A stretch of 64,000 bases of DNA from Octopus sinensis. Taxonomy: Eukaryota. Positions 42,401 through 56,839 of this stretch are shown piece after piece. Position 1 is the stretch's first letter. Every line of letters begins with the position of its first letter. The notes under the pieces are model-generated. The model did no database searches, was not told where the DNA came from, and saw nothing but the letters and a program-made list of their open reading frames with translations. Location: contig NW_021832271.1 in the NCBI RefSeq assembly GCF_006345805.1, forward strand, positions 1 to 64,000. The letters are read 5' to 3'. Position numbers and translations under genes: made by a program.

Positions 42401-42911
42401 GATATATATGCTGACATGACCGCTGACCTTAAGACTTACATAGGCGTATGTCTAATGCTGATCTGTAGATGTTTATATACATGATTAGTAAATTTACATG
42501 ACTTCGCTGCATAAGTAGAACTGTTCTCCATGTAATTAAAAGTGAATAATTAGAATGATATTTCTTAACCGGTTAATCTTTTAATGTATTTTTTTTAATG
42601 TCCCCCAATAAATAGACACGGTGGCGTCTTCTATTTAGAAATTATGCTTCCATTAATTACACATCACACAATATTTTATTATTTTACTTAATTGTACACC
42701 TATAAGGATATTGGGATTATATTTTCGTTTATTGTTTATAGTTTTTTTTTTTCGTCTTTTTTTGTCTTTTCGTTTCAATTATTCTTGAGTGTTTTTGAAT
42801 TTTCTTTGAGATTTCATCATTATAATCGGTCAAGATAATTATTCCTCGACATGATAGATGAGAGACAGAGAGAGAAAAAAAACAGAATGAAGCCAGTAAA
42901 TAACTAAATGC

Positions 42912-43335
<424 letters not shown>

Positions 43336-44265
43336 CAGTAACATGAAATATATTTAAAAAAAAAGCATCTGTTGTAAAGTAAAAAAAATACAACTTCATT
43401 CCTTTCTTGTTTTATATAATTGATAATTACAGGAAAATACTTTTACTGACAGCTAGAAGAAATGTCAAAATAAAGAGGTAAACAAATTAATCGCACTTAA
43501 TAAGGACGTCACTGGAATCGCCTACAGACAAATTGAGTTTTACAATTCAAGTCTTTCTTTATTTTTTTTCCTTCCCTATCATTTAATAACTTAACGAGAA
43601 ATAAGTTTCCTTTTCGAATTTTCTTTTAATAAAGAACAAATATATTTCAAAAGAATTTCTTACATTCATTAGTGTTATTATTGAACATTGTCAAAATTGT
43701 AAATATTCGTTATCTATGCAATTCTAAATAAATCATGTATTATTTATACAGGACTAGGAAAAAAAATGCTAAAAAGAAAATGAGTTCCGACAGTTGAGTG
43801 TTCATTCCGCATTTAATTTCTGAATTCTATGCGATCTTTGTCGAATTGACACGACGTACCACTAATTTCTTCTTTCGTTTTTGTTCGGCACATCACTAAT
43901 TTAATGCAGCAGTAACTTATTTATGTATTTATTTAGTTATTTATTTATTCTGTCTCAGCGCTGAGAGATGTTCAATGCACGGTCCGTTCAGTTTTGCGTT
44001 AATGAATCGTGATTCGAGCGATGTATATTTCCGTTTAGCATTAGAGACTGATTACATTTCACTGGGTTCCGAAGGTTCTGTTTCCGCGTGGCGTGGAAGT
44101 CGACGGTTTGTAGTGGAGAAGAGATTTAGAATTCGCATTACTTAAATAGCTATGTGGACCGGGGCAAGTTCCAATCTTTTATATGTTACATTCCATAACA
44201 TCGTGGATTTTCTTAAGATATTGTGAAATGTCATAATGGGGATCCTTAAAATTTTTTGCAACAAA

Positions 44266-44430
44266 GGCGCAGTAGTGGCTGTGTGGTAAGTAGCTTGTCT
44301 ACCAACCACATGGTTCCGGGTTCAGTCCCACTGCGTGGCATCTTGGGCAAGTGTCTTCTACTATAGCCTCGGGCCGACCAATGCCTTGTGAGTGGATTTG
44401 GTAGACGGAAACTGAAAGAAGCCCGTCGCA

Positions 44431-44461
<31 letters not shown>

Positions 44462-44701
44462 TCGTGTGTGTGTTTGTGTGTCTGTGTTTGTCCCCTAGCA
44501 TTGCTTGACAACCGATGCTGGTGTGTTTATGTCCCCGTTACTTAGCGGTTCGGCAAAAGAGCCCGATAGAATAAGTACTGGGCTTACAAAAAAATAGGTC
44601 CCGGGGTCGAGTTGCTCGATTAAAGGCGGTGCCCCAGCATGGCCGCAGTCAAATGACCGAAACAAGGAAAAGAGTAAAAGAGTAAAAGAGTAAAGAGTAA
44701 A
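44266..44701 (+). mobile_element. SINE family B, full length
   Basis: Head, internal microsatellite, gtcgagttgctcga hairpin, (gagtaaaa)n tail. Confidence 0.92.
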
Positions 44702-46259
44702 GGGAGAGAAATATTTTTTCTTTTTACTCTAGTAGAATTTAGTTTTACATTTTAGGTTGGCCAAAATTCTTGCTCATATTTGCGTATTGCGTTTTCAATC
44801 TTATATACTAATATATAACTACAAAACGTGCGCCTATTTATAAACACCAATAGTGAAATTATATTCAGTTCAACACTGGTTTAGTTGATTCATATGCTTC
44901 ATTCTGGCATTACAAATCAAACCAGCTTTAAAAGTATGTTTCCTAAAAACAAATGACAACCTTCTCTTTCTTCGTGATCCTGGACACTGGGTTTATCTTT
45001 AACATGAGCAGAGCGAAATCCTTGCAAAGGCAGATTATTTCCATCCATTGGATGATGTGTAGAAAAGTTTAAATGATGCTAACAAAAGTAACGGATTAGA
45101 GATATTGAGTAGATGTGCTTCCATTCCTTAATAATTAAGACGAAATAAAGGACATTTTTGGCAAATTATAAATTCTTCCCTGCACATCATTGAAATTTCC
45201 TTGCTTCTATACATATGTGGAACTACTGCGATGTAAAATCTACAGATTATCGATTTTATTATCAATATCTGACCGACAATCTTGAAAATTGCCCTCTAGT
45301 AAGAGGTTGGTCCTTCAGCGCATCTCTTTCAAAATAGGGTAACCGTTTCTCAATGCTGATCCAAAATCTAAAGCAACGCTTTTCAAATTCATGAATACCG
45401 GACACTTTCCAAACAAAATACAAAGTAAATTTTCCAGACAACTTGTTATTAAGGAGAAGTCAAAACAGAATTCTGCATTTGCATCTTTCTTTTTCCTTCG
45501 TGGTTTTGAAGAAGTTATACAGTTTAAAACTAACTTTTGTTAAACGTAGCTGTATTTCCTATAGCATTTCAGTGTTCACAAACTCACAAACGCCAGTCGC
45601 GTGGTCGGGACCAAAGCTGGGAATTGATCTGGCAATATTGAAATAGTTCACGAAAAGCATGTCTTGTTCCAATCCAGTCGAAACTCTCATTCTTGAAATA
45701 TTTTCTGGATGTATCAATCCCCAGTGAAGTCAATGCTTAACATTTGAAAGACCTCCACGGTGTTATGACATGAAGCATATGAAAGGCTGGAATTTTAACT
45801 GGTCGACATAAATCAATAAACATTGCTCTAAAGGGAGAGGCAGTTCAGATTTTCGTCAACAAAAACTATCATCTTTGTCATAGAGAAATAGCAATTATAG
45901 CAGTGATTCCTTTTTGCCGTTTACCAAATTATAGCTTCTGTCTTTCCTATTTCTCTTAAGCCAAATTTCAAACTGCTACCATTATATTACACAGTCCACA
46001 ATAGATATGCGGTAAGCAGCTTTTCCTTGGCCCAAGTTAACAGCCAAAATAATGTTGGTAGACATATATCATATCCATTGCCTTGCTTAGGTTTCTCTTC
46101 GGACGTTATATGATGTAAAAGCAGGGCCAGTTTTAAAGCAATTACATAGATTTCTTCAAATTGGGCCCCGCGCCAAGAGAGGGCCTCGTGCAAAACGCTC
46201 GAGCGTGTTATGCTAACCTCGTAAGTTTCTGATCCACAAAAAAATTTTTTCCCCCAAAT

Positions 46260-46927
46260 CCTCATCTTCCAGTAGACCATTCTCTCAACAGAAACAAGTG
46301 CGTAACTTGCCGAAATATCAAAAGCGTCGATGGACGAAATCACTTAAACTCCATATAAAAATACTGCCTAAATTCTAAGATCCAACTCGTAAATTTAATA
46401 TAACTTGCATACCTGTAACTTTGCGAAAATATATTGATAATTACTTTTTGCTCTGGGGGTATATAACTATACAATATTTATATTTATTTCAAATTTGAAC
46501 ACCTTACTTGCTGTAATTATAGCATTTTACATCTGGATTCAACTTCCCTGAAAAAAAAAATCCCTATTGTAAAATTCCTCATCTTCCAGTAGACCATTCT
46601 CTTAACAGAAACAAGTGCGTAACTTCTCGAAATATCAAAACCGTCGATGGACGAAATCACTCAAACTCCATAGAAAAATACTGCCTAAATTCTAAGATCC
46701 AACTTGTAACTTTAATATAACTTGCATACCTATAACTTTGCGAAAATATATTGATAATTATATTTTGCTCAGGGGGAATATAACTATAAAATATTTATAT
46801 TTATTTCAAATTTGAATACCTTACTTGCTGTAATAATTATAGCATTTTACATCTGGATTCAACTTCCCTGAAAAAAAAAAAAAACTCTGAAAACAAAAAA
46901 AAAAAATTCACTATTGTAAAATTCCTC
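46260..46927. repeat. Tandem duplication with a unit of about 317 bp
   Basis: cctcatcttccagtagaccattctc at 46260 and 46577; unit start recurs at 46911-46927. Confidence 0.92.
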
Positions 46928-47973
46928 TCAAATTTAATGCGAAAGAAATTTGAGTAATGATTCAAAAGATAGCACCACAGAAGTACTAAAGTAACAATTG
47001 TTTAAACTTGAATGCCTAGTTGTAACTATTTGCTTCTAATTAAATTCATGACAAACTGCCGTATCTCATTAATGACTGTTTTCAATGGCAACAAAATAGT
47101 CTCACAAGAAAATTAACTGACATTTTTTAATTATATGTCTTCGATTTATTATATTATTTTATATTGCATAGTTTTATTATTTTATGCCATTGATACCCCT
47201 TATTTATTTGCGTTTTGTTGCTGTTTCGTTTCCTTTTCTTAGCCTATTATGTGGTGGCTGCGACTGGCATTATTTGATTATGACATATGATTTGAGAATG
47301 CTCTCACTCCGTTGAGTTATTGCTTTAGGAATGAAGAAGGAACGAGGAATAGAGAGCCAGACAGATAGAGAGATACATAGAGGGAGAAACTGATTGGAGA
47401 GAAAAAGTTAGAGTGAAGAAGATAGGCAGGCAGGTAAATAGATAGATAGATAGATTCATAGAGAAATGGGTAAATGAATCGATAGACAGATAGATAGATA
47501 GATAGATAGAAAGGTGGAAAGATAGGGGAGAAGAAGAGAGAGAGAAAGTGTAAATGGAATACTAAGAGGTGGAGAAAGAGTCAAATAGATGAAGTGAGAA
47601 TAGAAAAATGAGGAAAGATGGATCAGAGCGATAAAACAAGGGAGAAAACGGGAGAGAATGGGAGAGAATGGGAGAGAAAAACGAGAGGCAGAATAGAATA
47701 GAGCACAAAAATGGAAGGAAAATATTAGAGAAAGAGAAGAAGAAGAAGAAGAAGAAGAAGAGAAGAAGAAGAAGAAGAAGAAGAGAGAGAGAAAGAGAGA
47801 AAGACAGAGAGTGAGAGGGGCAGTGAGAGCGAAAGAGAGCGAAAGAGAGAAAGCGAAGGAGAGAGAGTATGCAGTGACCACAATGTACAACAGGTGGCGG
47901 GACTATATGTGATACACACACACACACACATACACACACATACATACATACTCACACACACAACAGACACACA

Positions 47974-48019
<46 letters not shown>

Positions 48020-48389
48020 CAGAGACAGAGGGAGTGACAGAGGGAGTGACAGAGAAAATCGAAAAGTTTTGGATAAACAGAGAATATTAGAAGAAGGGTA
48101 AAACAGAAAAGGCGAGAGAAACGTACAAAGAGAGGGAAAGAGAAAGAGAAAGAGAGAGAGAGAATGAGAGAGAGAGAGAGAGAGCGAGAGAGACAGAAAG
48201 ATGGACAGGAAGACAGAGTGTACGACTTTAATTAAATATTTCATTGCACGCTATTCGCACGATTCGCAGTCAGTTAGACATTCAAAGAAGAGAGGCAGAG
48301 ACCTGTTTTCAGCACGGCTAGTAGTAGAGGCAGCAGCAGCAGCAGCAGCAGCAGTAGTATTAGCAGTAGTAGTAGTAGTAGTAGTAGTC

Positions 48390-48420
<31 letters not shown>

Positions 48421-48952
48421 TATGGAAACTAAAAGTCAAATGTGTTCACCACATTCTATTTATTTGAAATTAAAAGCTAAAAGAGAGGAAATTACAGATC
48501 TGAAACTATAAATTATGAGACGATGAAAATGTTGATAATGATATATAGAGAAAATATATTTGTGTCTTTTGTCTTTTTGTTGTTTTTTTTTGGGTATGTG
48601 TTTTTCTTTGGTTAATGTTTATTGCATTTAATTTCAACGTTTGTACGGCGCTCTGCTATTTTGTTTTGTTGTATGACTTAGGTCAAATCGATTGCTCGCA
48701 TTGTGTTGGATTATAGAAGATCTGACCTGAACGTTTTATCATATTTTACTTTTATTTAAACCGTCATCGGTTGACAACGACAGCAAGAACAACAACAATA
48801 ACAACGACAAGAACAACGAAAACTAAGAATAAAACGGAATTCATTGATCTTGACATGGAATATAAATAGAACATATTGAACTTTAAATCTCTCGAAAGGA
48901 AAATTATCACTTTACCGCACTAAATACCATTCGCAAAGCACGAAATGTATGC

Positions 48953-49691
48953 TTTTCTACTCTAGGCACAAGGCCAGACATGTTTGGGGGAGGGGGCCAG
49001 TCGATTAAATCGACCCCAGTACGTAACTGGTATTTAATTTATCAACCCCTAAAGGATAAAAGGCAAAATCGACTTCGGCGGAATTTGAACTCAGAACGTA
49101 AAGACAGACGAAATACCTATTTCTTTACTACCCGCATGGAGCTAAACACAGAGAGGACAAACACGGACAGACAAAGGAATTAAGTCGATTACATCGACCC
49201 CAGTGCGTAACTGGCACTTAATTTATCGACCCCGAAAGGAAGAAAGGCAAAGTCGACCTAGGCGGAATTTGAACTCAGAAAGTAGCGGCAGACGAAATAC
49301 CTATTTCGTTACTATCCACAAGGGGCTAAACTCAGAGAGGACAAACAAGGACAGACAAACGGATTAAGTCGATTACATCGACCCCAGTGCGTAGCTGGTA
49401 CTTAATTTATCGACCCGAAAGGATGAAAGGCAAAGTCGACCTCGGCAGAATTTGAACACAGAACGTAACGGCAGACGAAATACGGCTAAGCATTTCGCCC
49501 GGCGTGATAACGTTTCTGCCAGCTCGCCACCTTTAAATAGATTATATATATATTTCTTTATTGCCCACAAGGGGCTAAACATAAGGGAGGCAAACAAAGA
49601 CAGACAAAGGGATTAAGTCGATTACGTCGACACCAGTGCGTAACTGGTACTTAATTTATGGACCCCGAAAGGATGAAAGGCAAAGTCGACC
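48953..49691 (-). mobile_element. Cluster/tandem array of four SINE family A units
   Basis: Units at 48953-49117, 49118-49301, 49302-49534 (only one with a complete head) and 49551-49691. Confidence 0.9.
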
Positions 49692-50172
49692 AAAGTGGAC
49701 TAGTTGAGTTAAAAGTAAAATCTCAAAGGGCGACGGCAGTTCTTGCAAGCAGTGCTCAGTGACAACGCCAGATGCATTCGTTCTTTTGGGGCCTTTTCAA
49801 TAGTTTTTGTTCTCGACTATGGCACAAGAGAGAATTGTTTATGATATAGGGGAAAGTGAATAAAACAAGATGTTGACAGTAGCCGTCTGCTGATCAGGAA
49901 AACATTGACCTATTTAGAAATGAAGCAAATGGACCCCAAGCTATCAACTGGTACTTATTTTCTCTCTCCTGGAAGGGTGTAAGGAAAGGTCAACGGCAGC
50001 ACTATTTGAACTCAGAACGTAAAAAGCCGAAAGAAATGTCGTTAATGACTTTATCCGCCATTTTACGATATAAAATAAATTGTTCAGATATAAAATAAAC
50101 AGGCAAAGGCTAGCAAAATATAGAAATATACATAGACGTATCACTTATACATACACACATCCATCCATCCAG

Positions 50173-50205
<33 letters not shown>

Positions 50206-50240
50206 CCTATATACACACACGCCTATATTTTTTTTTTACT

Positions 50241-50350
50241 TGGTCGGCCCGGGGCTATAGCAGAAGACATCTGCCCAAGGCGCCATGCAGTGGGACTGAA
50301 CCCGGAACCATGTGGTTGGTTAGCAAGCTACTTACCACACAGCCACTCCT
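50241..50350 (-). mobile_element. SINE family B 5' fragment
   Basis: gggactgaacccggaaccatgtggttgg...ttaccacacagccactcct. Confidence 0.85.
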
Positions 50351-50898
50351 ATTTATTTGAATAAAACAGCAATAAAGCAGTATACGCGAGAGAGTGTTTG
50401 TGATAGTTGAAAGTTTTCATTGCATAAAATAATTTATTTATATGAAAAGCGTTAATTTATTTTATTTATGAAAGTATATTTAGAAAGAGTGAGACCATCT
50501 TACCGCACAACCAACACAGTACAGTGTAGCGCCTAAGGCTGTTCTGTTAAGAAGTTCTGTATCTCCGCTTTTTATAATATTAGGTCAAGCGTCTAGAACC
50601 TTCGGCAATCTATCTAACTGAGAATTCCCAAAAGGTACGTACGTTCAAGTCTACCGTTTATACGGTTAACCACCTGTCGATCTGATTCGTTAAACAACGT
50701 TCACGTAGACGTTAATGACTTTTTTAATGGCGATAGAATGAATTTCTCGCAGTTGGTCATACCTTTCATGGCAATATAATTAGGCAACGCTGCTAAACTT
50801 ATTAATCTGTGCCTGGTACTTCACGACTCAGGTGAAGTTCTGCCACGTTTTCTTATATTGATATGGTAGTCTAAGGTTTATATGTAATATGGCTGATA

Positions 50899-51410
50899 TC
50901 TATATATATAAAACTGTAGTTGTGTGAGTGTCTGTCCCCTTCGATTTAGATTCCTAACTACTCCCACATTTTGCGGTGCAGTTTAACCAAATTCGGGTAT
51001 CTTATAGACGTGATTCATATTGAGCCCGTCTGAGTATTAGCGCGCGTCTACGATGAGTCTACGATTTTAAAAATAATTTAACATCATTTTTCTTCCATTT
51101 TAATGCATAATTTTTCGTGTGTCGATGGCGGCGGAGTTGGCGTCCATGGTCACAACTGCACCTGTTTGCTTCTCCCCCTTCTTCCCTCCCTCGTGAAGCT
51201 GTGGGGAAGGGAGTGTAAGGAAATCAACGTCATAAAGCGTTGTCAAGGAGACCAGCGTTCTTTTAGAACAACGACTTCATGGCTTGAAGACACCCAAACA
51301 GAAATGGCTAAGAAAGCCCGAATTGGCATCTATAAGGGAAGTAACTCTCTAAAAATGCTTATATAGTTATTTCCCTTACAAACCCGAGCAACGCCGGGCG
51401 ATACTGCTAG
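50899..51410 (+). mobile_element. Non-autonomous Helitron with an extra internal segment
   Basis: A|TC...cccgagcaacgccgggcgatactgCTAG|T; 51118-51330 is absent from the other two copies. Confidence 0.88.
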
Positions 51411-51877
51411 TCCTTAATAAATTTATATATACATGTATTTTTACTATAATAAATGCGAGCTTCACAACAATAATAATTATAATAACTGCATATATTATAA
51501 CTATAATAACATTAATAAATATTTGTGCATGTATTATATTCTACGAACGAAAAGCTGAGGATATTCAACTCCATATGACGAAATATATTCACGGGAAATG
51601 AGGAGTTAAATGCCTACCTTAGGTAACTTAAATTTACGTACAGTAATAATGAGTCTCTTAATTTTTCCATAATTAATCAAACATTCATTGATTTCGTGTC
51701 GCGTTTGACGCTTAGTATTCGAGATGCTTTATCAATCTCATTGATTTAAATTACTGTGAATTGTTTATATTCCAGGGTAAATATAAATTTTAATTTCAAA
51801 TCATCAAGTAGACTCTATGGTATGTAGACTCTGTGGTATTTAGGTATAATTTCACAATCATGCCTAATTAATATTCA

Positions 51878-52190
51878 GGTAGTATCATGTCCCAGTGGTT
51901 AGGACAGCGGATTCGCGGTCGTAGGATCACTGTTTCGATTCCCAGACCGGACACTATGAATGTTTATTGAGCGAATACACCTAGTTACTCCACGAGGTTC
52001 CCACAGGGGTTAGCGGTGAACCCTGCTGTATTCTCTCACCTCAACTTTCTCTCACGCTTTCTTCCTGTTTCTATTGTATCTGTATTTCAAATAGCCAGCC
52101 TTGTCACACTCTGTGTCACGCAGAATATCCCAGAGAACTACATTAAGGGTTCACGTATCTGTGGAGTGCTCAGCCACTTGCATGTTAATA
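51878..52190 (+). mobile_element. SINE family C, diverged
   Basis: cccagtggttaggacagcgg...tttcgattcccagaccgg...gtggagtgctcagccact. Confidence 0.85.
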
Positions 52191-52712
52191 ATTAAGCTGC
52201 GGCGTCACTGGTACCAAGCTGTATCGGCTTTTGCCTTTCCCTTGGATAACATCGGTCATGTGGAAAGGGTAAGTTTTGCCTCGGAGGGTAACTTTGTAGG
52301 TGCAATCCCAAGGTCATTCATGGCCGAAGGAGGTCACAACAAAATCACGTCCTTAGCACAAAACTACGACAGAGGTTTATGTCCAGCCCATCTCATTCAA
52401 AAGTCATAAGGATGTTAAAAAATACAGTATAGTAAGTTATCGATCCCGTGCAGCCAGAAATGGTAAGCAGATGTTCTTTCTTAACCATTCCTGCTAGTGT
52501 GTAATTATAGTAAAATACTAATTGGTTTTCGGTTTCTGCATAATCCACGTTCGTCTATATATTCCGTTTCTTAAGATGATTTGTTTATCAATTACGCATA
52601 TCTTCGGAAATGACTGCTACAAGATTTGAGCATAAAATTACATACGACTATGTTTCTAGATATACGAACACATATGACACTGTGTGTGTGTGTGTGTGTG
52701 GTGTGTGTGTGT

Positions 52713-52753
<41 letters not shown>

Positions 52754-52830
52754 AAGTATACGCGTTTATATGTATTATATAGGTGGAGGTATATATATAT
52801 ATGTATATGTATATAAACATACACACAGAA

Positions 52831-52863
<33 letters not shown>

Positions 52864-54114
52864 AATATATATACATACACACATATATATATAAATATAT
52901 ATACATACACACACATATATACATAAACACCACCTACGCATCGAAGGAGTATTGCATTAGTTTATATTAGATTTATAGGTACACATAAACCCATATATGT
53001 GTGTGTGTGTGTGTGTGTGTGAAAGTAAACTTCTATATAAAAATTCAATTATGATCTCACATAAACAATGATATTTTACTTTATATTGATATATATATAT
53101 TTGCATATTTTCGCATTCCAGCGCAAGCAATAATGTGTACACGAATGCGCATGCGTCTGTGTTTGAGAACATATGCTCCGTTTCTAGATTCTGAATAAAT
53201 ATTTAATTACGGTAAGAATTCATAAGGTTTCTTCCATTGTTTAATTAGAATAAGTTGCAATTCATTATATCTCTCTATAACTAATTTAAATTTCTCTTAA
53301 ATACATCAAAAATGATACACAGATAAAGCAGATCTTTGGTGCGAATGGATTCCTCTGTAATCATGCGCAGATATCACAATTGGATTTGGTAACGACAGAC
53401 AATAACTCTATATTTATGTATGAATTAACAGAAAGAAGGAAACCATAAACTGCCTCTTTATATAAGCTTTTATGCGCGATAAACAATGAGTTGCAAGAAG
53501 AAAAAGGAAGCGAATATCGAGGAAAGGAGATTTGATATGTATTTTTGCGTTTCAATTTTTCTCTAATCGTTGCTTATGTGCTCTATGTTCTCACAAATAT
53601 TATCAAGCCCGATAAAGGGACGGGCACAGCAGTGAGCCAAAGATAAGGGATTTAGTAGAGGGTATTCCATAGTTAAATAATTGACTATATATTGTACTTT
53701 TTTTGTTTCAACAAGTTTTGTTTATTTGATTATTTTAATGTTCATATATGCATTTTTTGCCGCTAAATTGAAAAATCACATATGTTTTAACATAACATCG
53801 ATAGTTATTTATTTATTCCTAATTTCATATTTGCTCGTTATATTTGTAGCTTTTCTCTACAGCACTTTGTTGGTTCAATCTATTCTAGTATTGTAAGGAT
53901 AATTACACAACATTTAGTAATTTTTCATTTATTGAAAGGCATTTAGGAAGTATAATATTAGAACAAAAAGAAACAATAAAACTCTGCACTGTAAATGCCT
54001 TGATAACTCTTTTCTTAAGATGAGAAGTGCTTTGACGATCATAATTTCAGGAGTGGTATACCTTCATCTCTTCTGACTAGAGACCATATACCTGTCCCAT
54101 CCTTTTCAATATTT

Positions 54115-54194
<80 letters not shown>

Positions 54195-54229
54195 GTATAT
54201 TTATATATAATATAATATATAATATATAG

Positions 54230-54298
<69 letters not shown>

Positions 54299-54818
54299 CG
54301 GACACACACGATTATATATACGTAAACGCAGATATGGTCACACACACGAACACATATATGTGTCTTTGTATGTATGTAGCGCGAGGTTATACGGTAGAAA
54401 GGTGTTTAATAAGGTGAGGACAGTACGAATGAAGTTATCCTTTATTTGTTCTACTCTAATGTACTAATTTCACACTCTCATTTTCTCTCTTTCTAAGTCA
54501 CCAATTTCCTCTTTTTATCGCAAATTCTGTAAATCTACGATTGGCTCGTTGGTGATTAGCCACTAGAAACTTTTACCAGTCAAACTGTGTTGCAAATTAA
54601 ATATAAAATATAAATGGAATAAAAAAAAATCATTCTCTGTTTTCTTTTCTCAGACAAATTATGTTTTGGCGTATATTTTATGCAGGTGTCGTGGTACAGG
54701 GATCAAGCGATCAGCAATCTGAGACTGAACTGCGGTGATTCAATATAGCATTGAAACCGTTTTCAGTTCACTTACAGCCCAATTGCTCATGGGAAATGTA
54801 AAGACGCTAGGTAACATG

Positions 54819-54866
<48 letters not shown>

Positions 54867-55023
54867 ATATTTATAGGACTTTGCACCAAGAGAAAACCAT
54901 CCAAGAGAAAAGATAAACATACTGCAAGGCGATTCTATTCCCAGTTCGAACCACTTCACATCTCATGAATTACAGGACTAATAATGTCTAATGTCTACAT
55001 ACATACATACTTTCATACATGTA

Positions 55024-55068
<45 letters not shown>

Positions 55069-55227
55069 TACATATGCATGTATGTGTATGGTATGTGTGG
55101 ACGTATTTATATATATACATACATATATATGTACATCTATACATACATACACATATATATTTATATATACACATGATATATGATAAATATGCATGTATAT
55201 ATAAATATATATACTTATATAAAACAT

Positions 55228-55266
<39 letters not shown>

Positions 55267-55827
55267 AACACAGGGATGAGAAATATATACGTATTTACAC
55301 ATATGTATACACATACACACGTAATTATATAAATGTTTATGTATATATAGACACACACACATATACGTTTGTGTATCTATGTATGTATGTAAGTATGTAT
55401 GGCTATGAGTTTGTGTACATACAGAGAGAGAGAGGGGGGTGCGTAGAGAGAGAAAGTTAAACATCTCTAAACATCGCATTCCTTTTAGTTATCCGGCTCT
55501 GTAAATTAAAGTACCATCATCTAAGCGATTAGACATTGTACCGACGCATCTACTGATATATTAATCTAGTATCTGTATATTTATTGTTTGTACATTAGTC
55601 TGTTACAAGTGGCTATCACTTTATCTGTTTACCTATTTATTTATTTATTTATTTATTCTATATCGCCGATTGGTTTCGAATCCTCAGCGGACCAATCGCT
55701 ATTTTACAGAATTATTGACGTCGAAGAGTGACGAGGGAGCCTCTGTCAATCAGTGCAACTTGTGTGAACCAGGTATGGAAGGCAAACCTATCTACATACA
55801 CTGACATGCATACATTCACACACACAC

Positions 55828-55898
<71 letters not shown>

Positions 55899-56089
55899 CA
55901 TATATATATATACATACTCGACAGTCTTTTGCGAATGGTTTCATTGGATACGTGTGCATGCTTGCATGTGCGCGTGAGTGTTTGGGTTTGTGTGAGAATA
56001 TCGTTTGTATTATACACACACACATGCATATCTAAATATATAGACACACACACACACACCACACACACACACACACACACCACACATAT

Positions 56090-56130
<41 letters not shown>

Positions 56131-56544
56131 GGCGCAGGAGTGCTGTGTGGTAAGTAGCTTGCTTACCAGCCACATGGTTCCGGGTTCAGTCTCACTGCGT
56201 GGAATCTTGGGCAAATGTCGTCTGCTATAGCCCTGGGCCGACCAATGCTTTGTGAGTGGATTTGGTAGACGGAAACTGAAAGAAGCATGTCGTATATATG
56301 TATATATATTATGTATGTGTGTGTATATGTTTGTGTGTCTGTGTTTGTCCCCCTAGCATTGCTTGACAACCGATGCTGGTGTGTTTATGTCCCCGTCACT
56401 TAGCGGTTCGGCAAAATAACCGATATAATAAGTACTGGGCTTACAAAGAATAAGTCCCGGGGTCGACTCGCTCGACTAAAGGCGGTGCTCCAGCATGGCC
56501 GCAGTCAAATGACTGAAACAAGTAAAAGAGTAAAGAGTAAAGAG
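56131..56544 (+). mobile_element. SINE family B, full length
   Basis: Complete head-microsatellite-tail architecture. Confidence 0.92.
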
Positions 56545-56839
56545 AATTGTATATATGTAAATGATGATATTCTGGAGGATAAAATATGACATGAAGAATT
56601 ATATTCAAATAAGCCTCCCTATTCTGAACTTCACATACAAACAGCCTAATATGTTTTTGCTTACGACATTATAATTACCGAACTCACTAAATCATATTCA
56701 AAAAGTAATTAAAAATGAACGCTGGAAGAAAAACAAATGAGCTTAACATGGCTTGAGTAAGATTTGAACACTCGTCAGTTTGTACACAGTACGTTCGTTT
56801 ACCCTGCGACAATCATCATAAGCAACAGCAGTTATTAAA

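Noticed and set aside
44900-46250. Possible degraded hAT transposase
   Set aside because: Non-repetitive sequence with a TIR-like block, but no motif I could confirm.
54686-54810. Possible exon (tttatgcag acceptor, ag/gtaaca donor; VSWYRD peptide)
   Set aside because: Stops in all three frames before the good donor; no supporting neighbouring exons.
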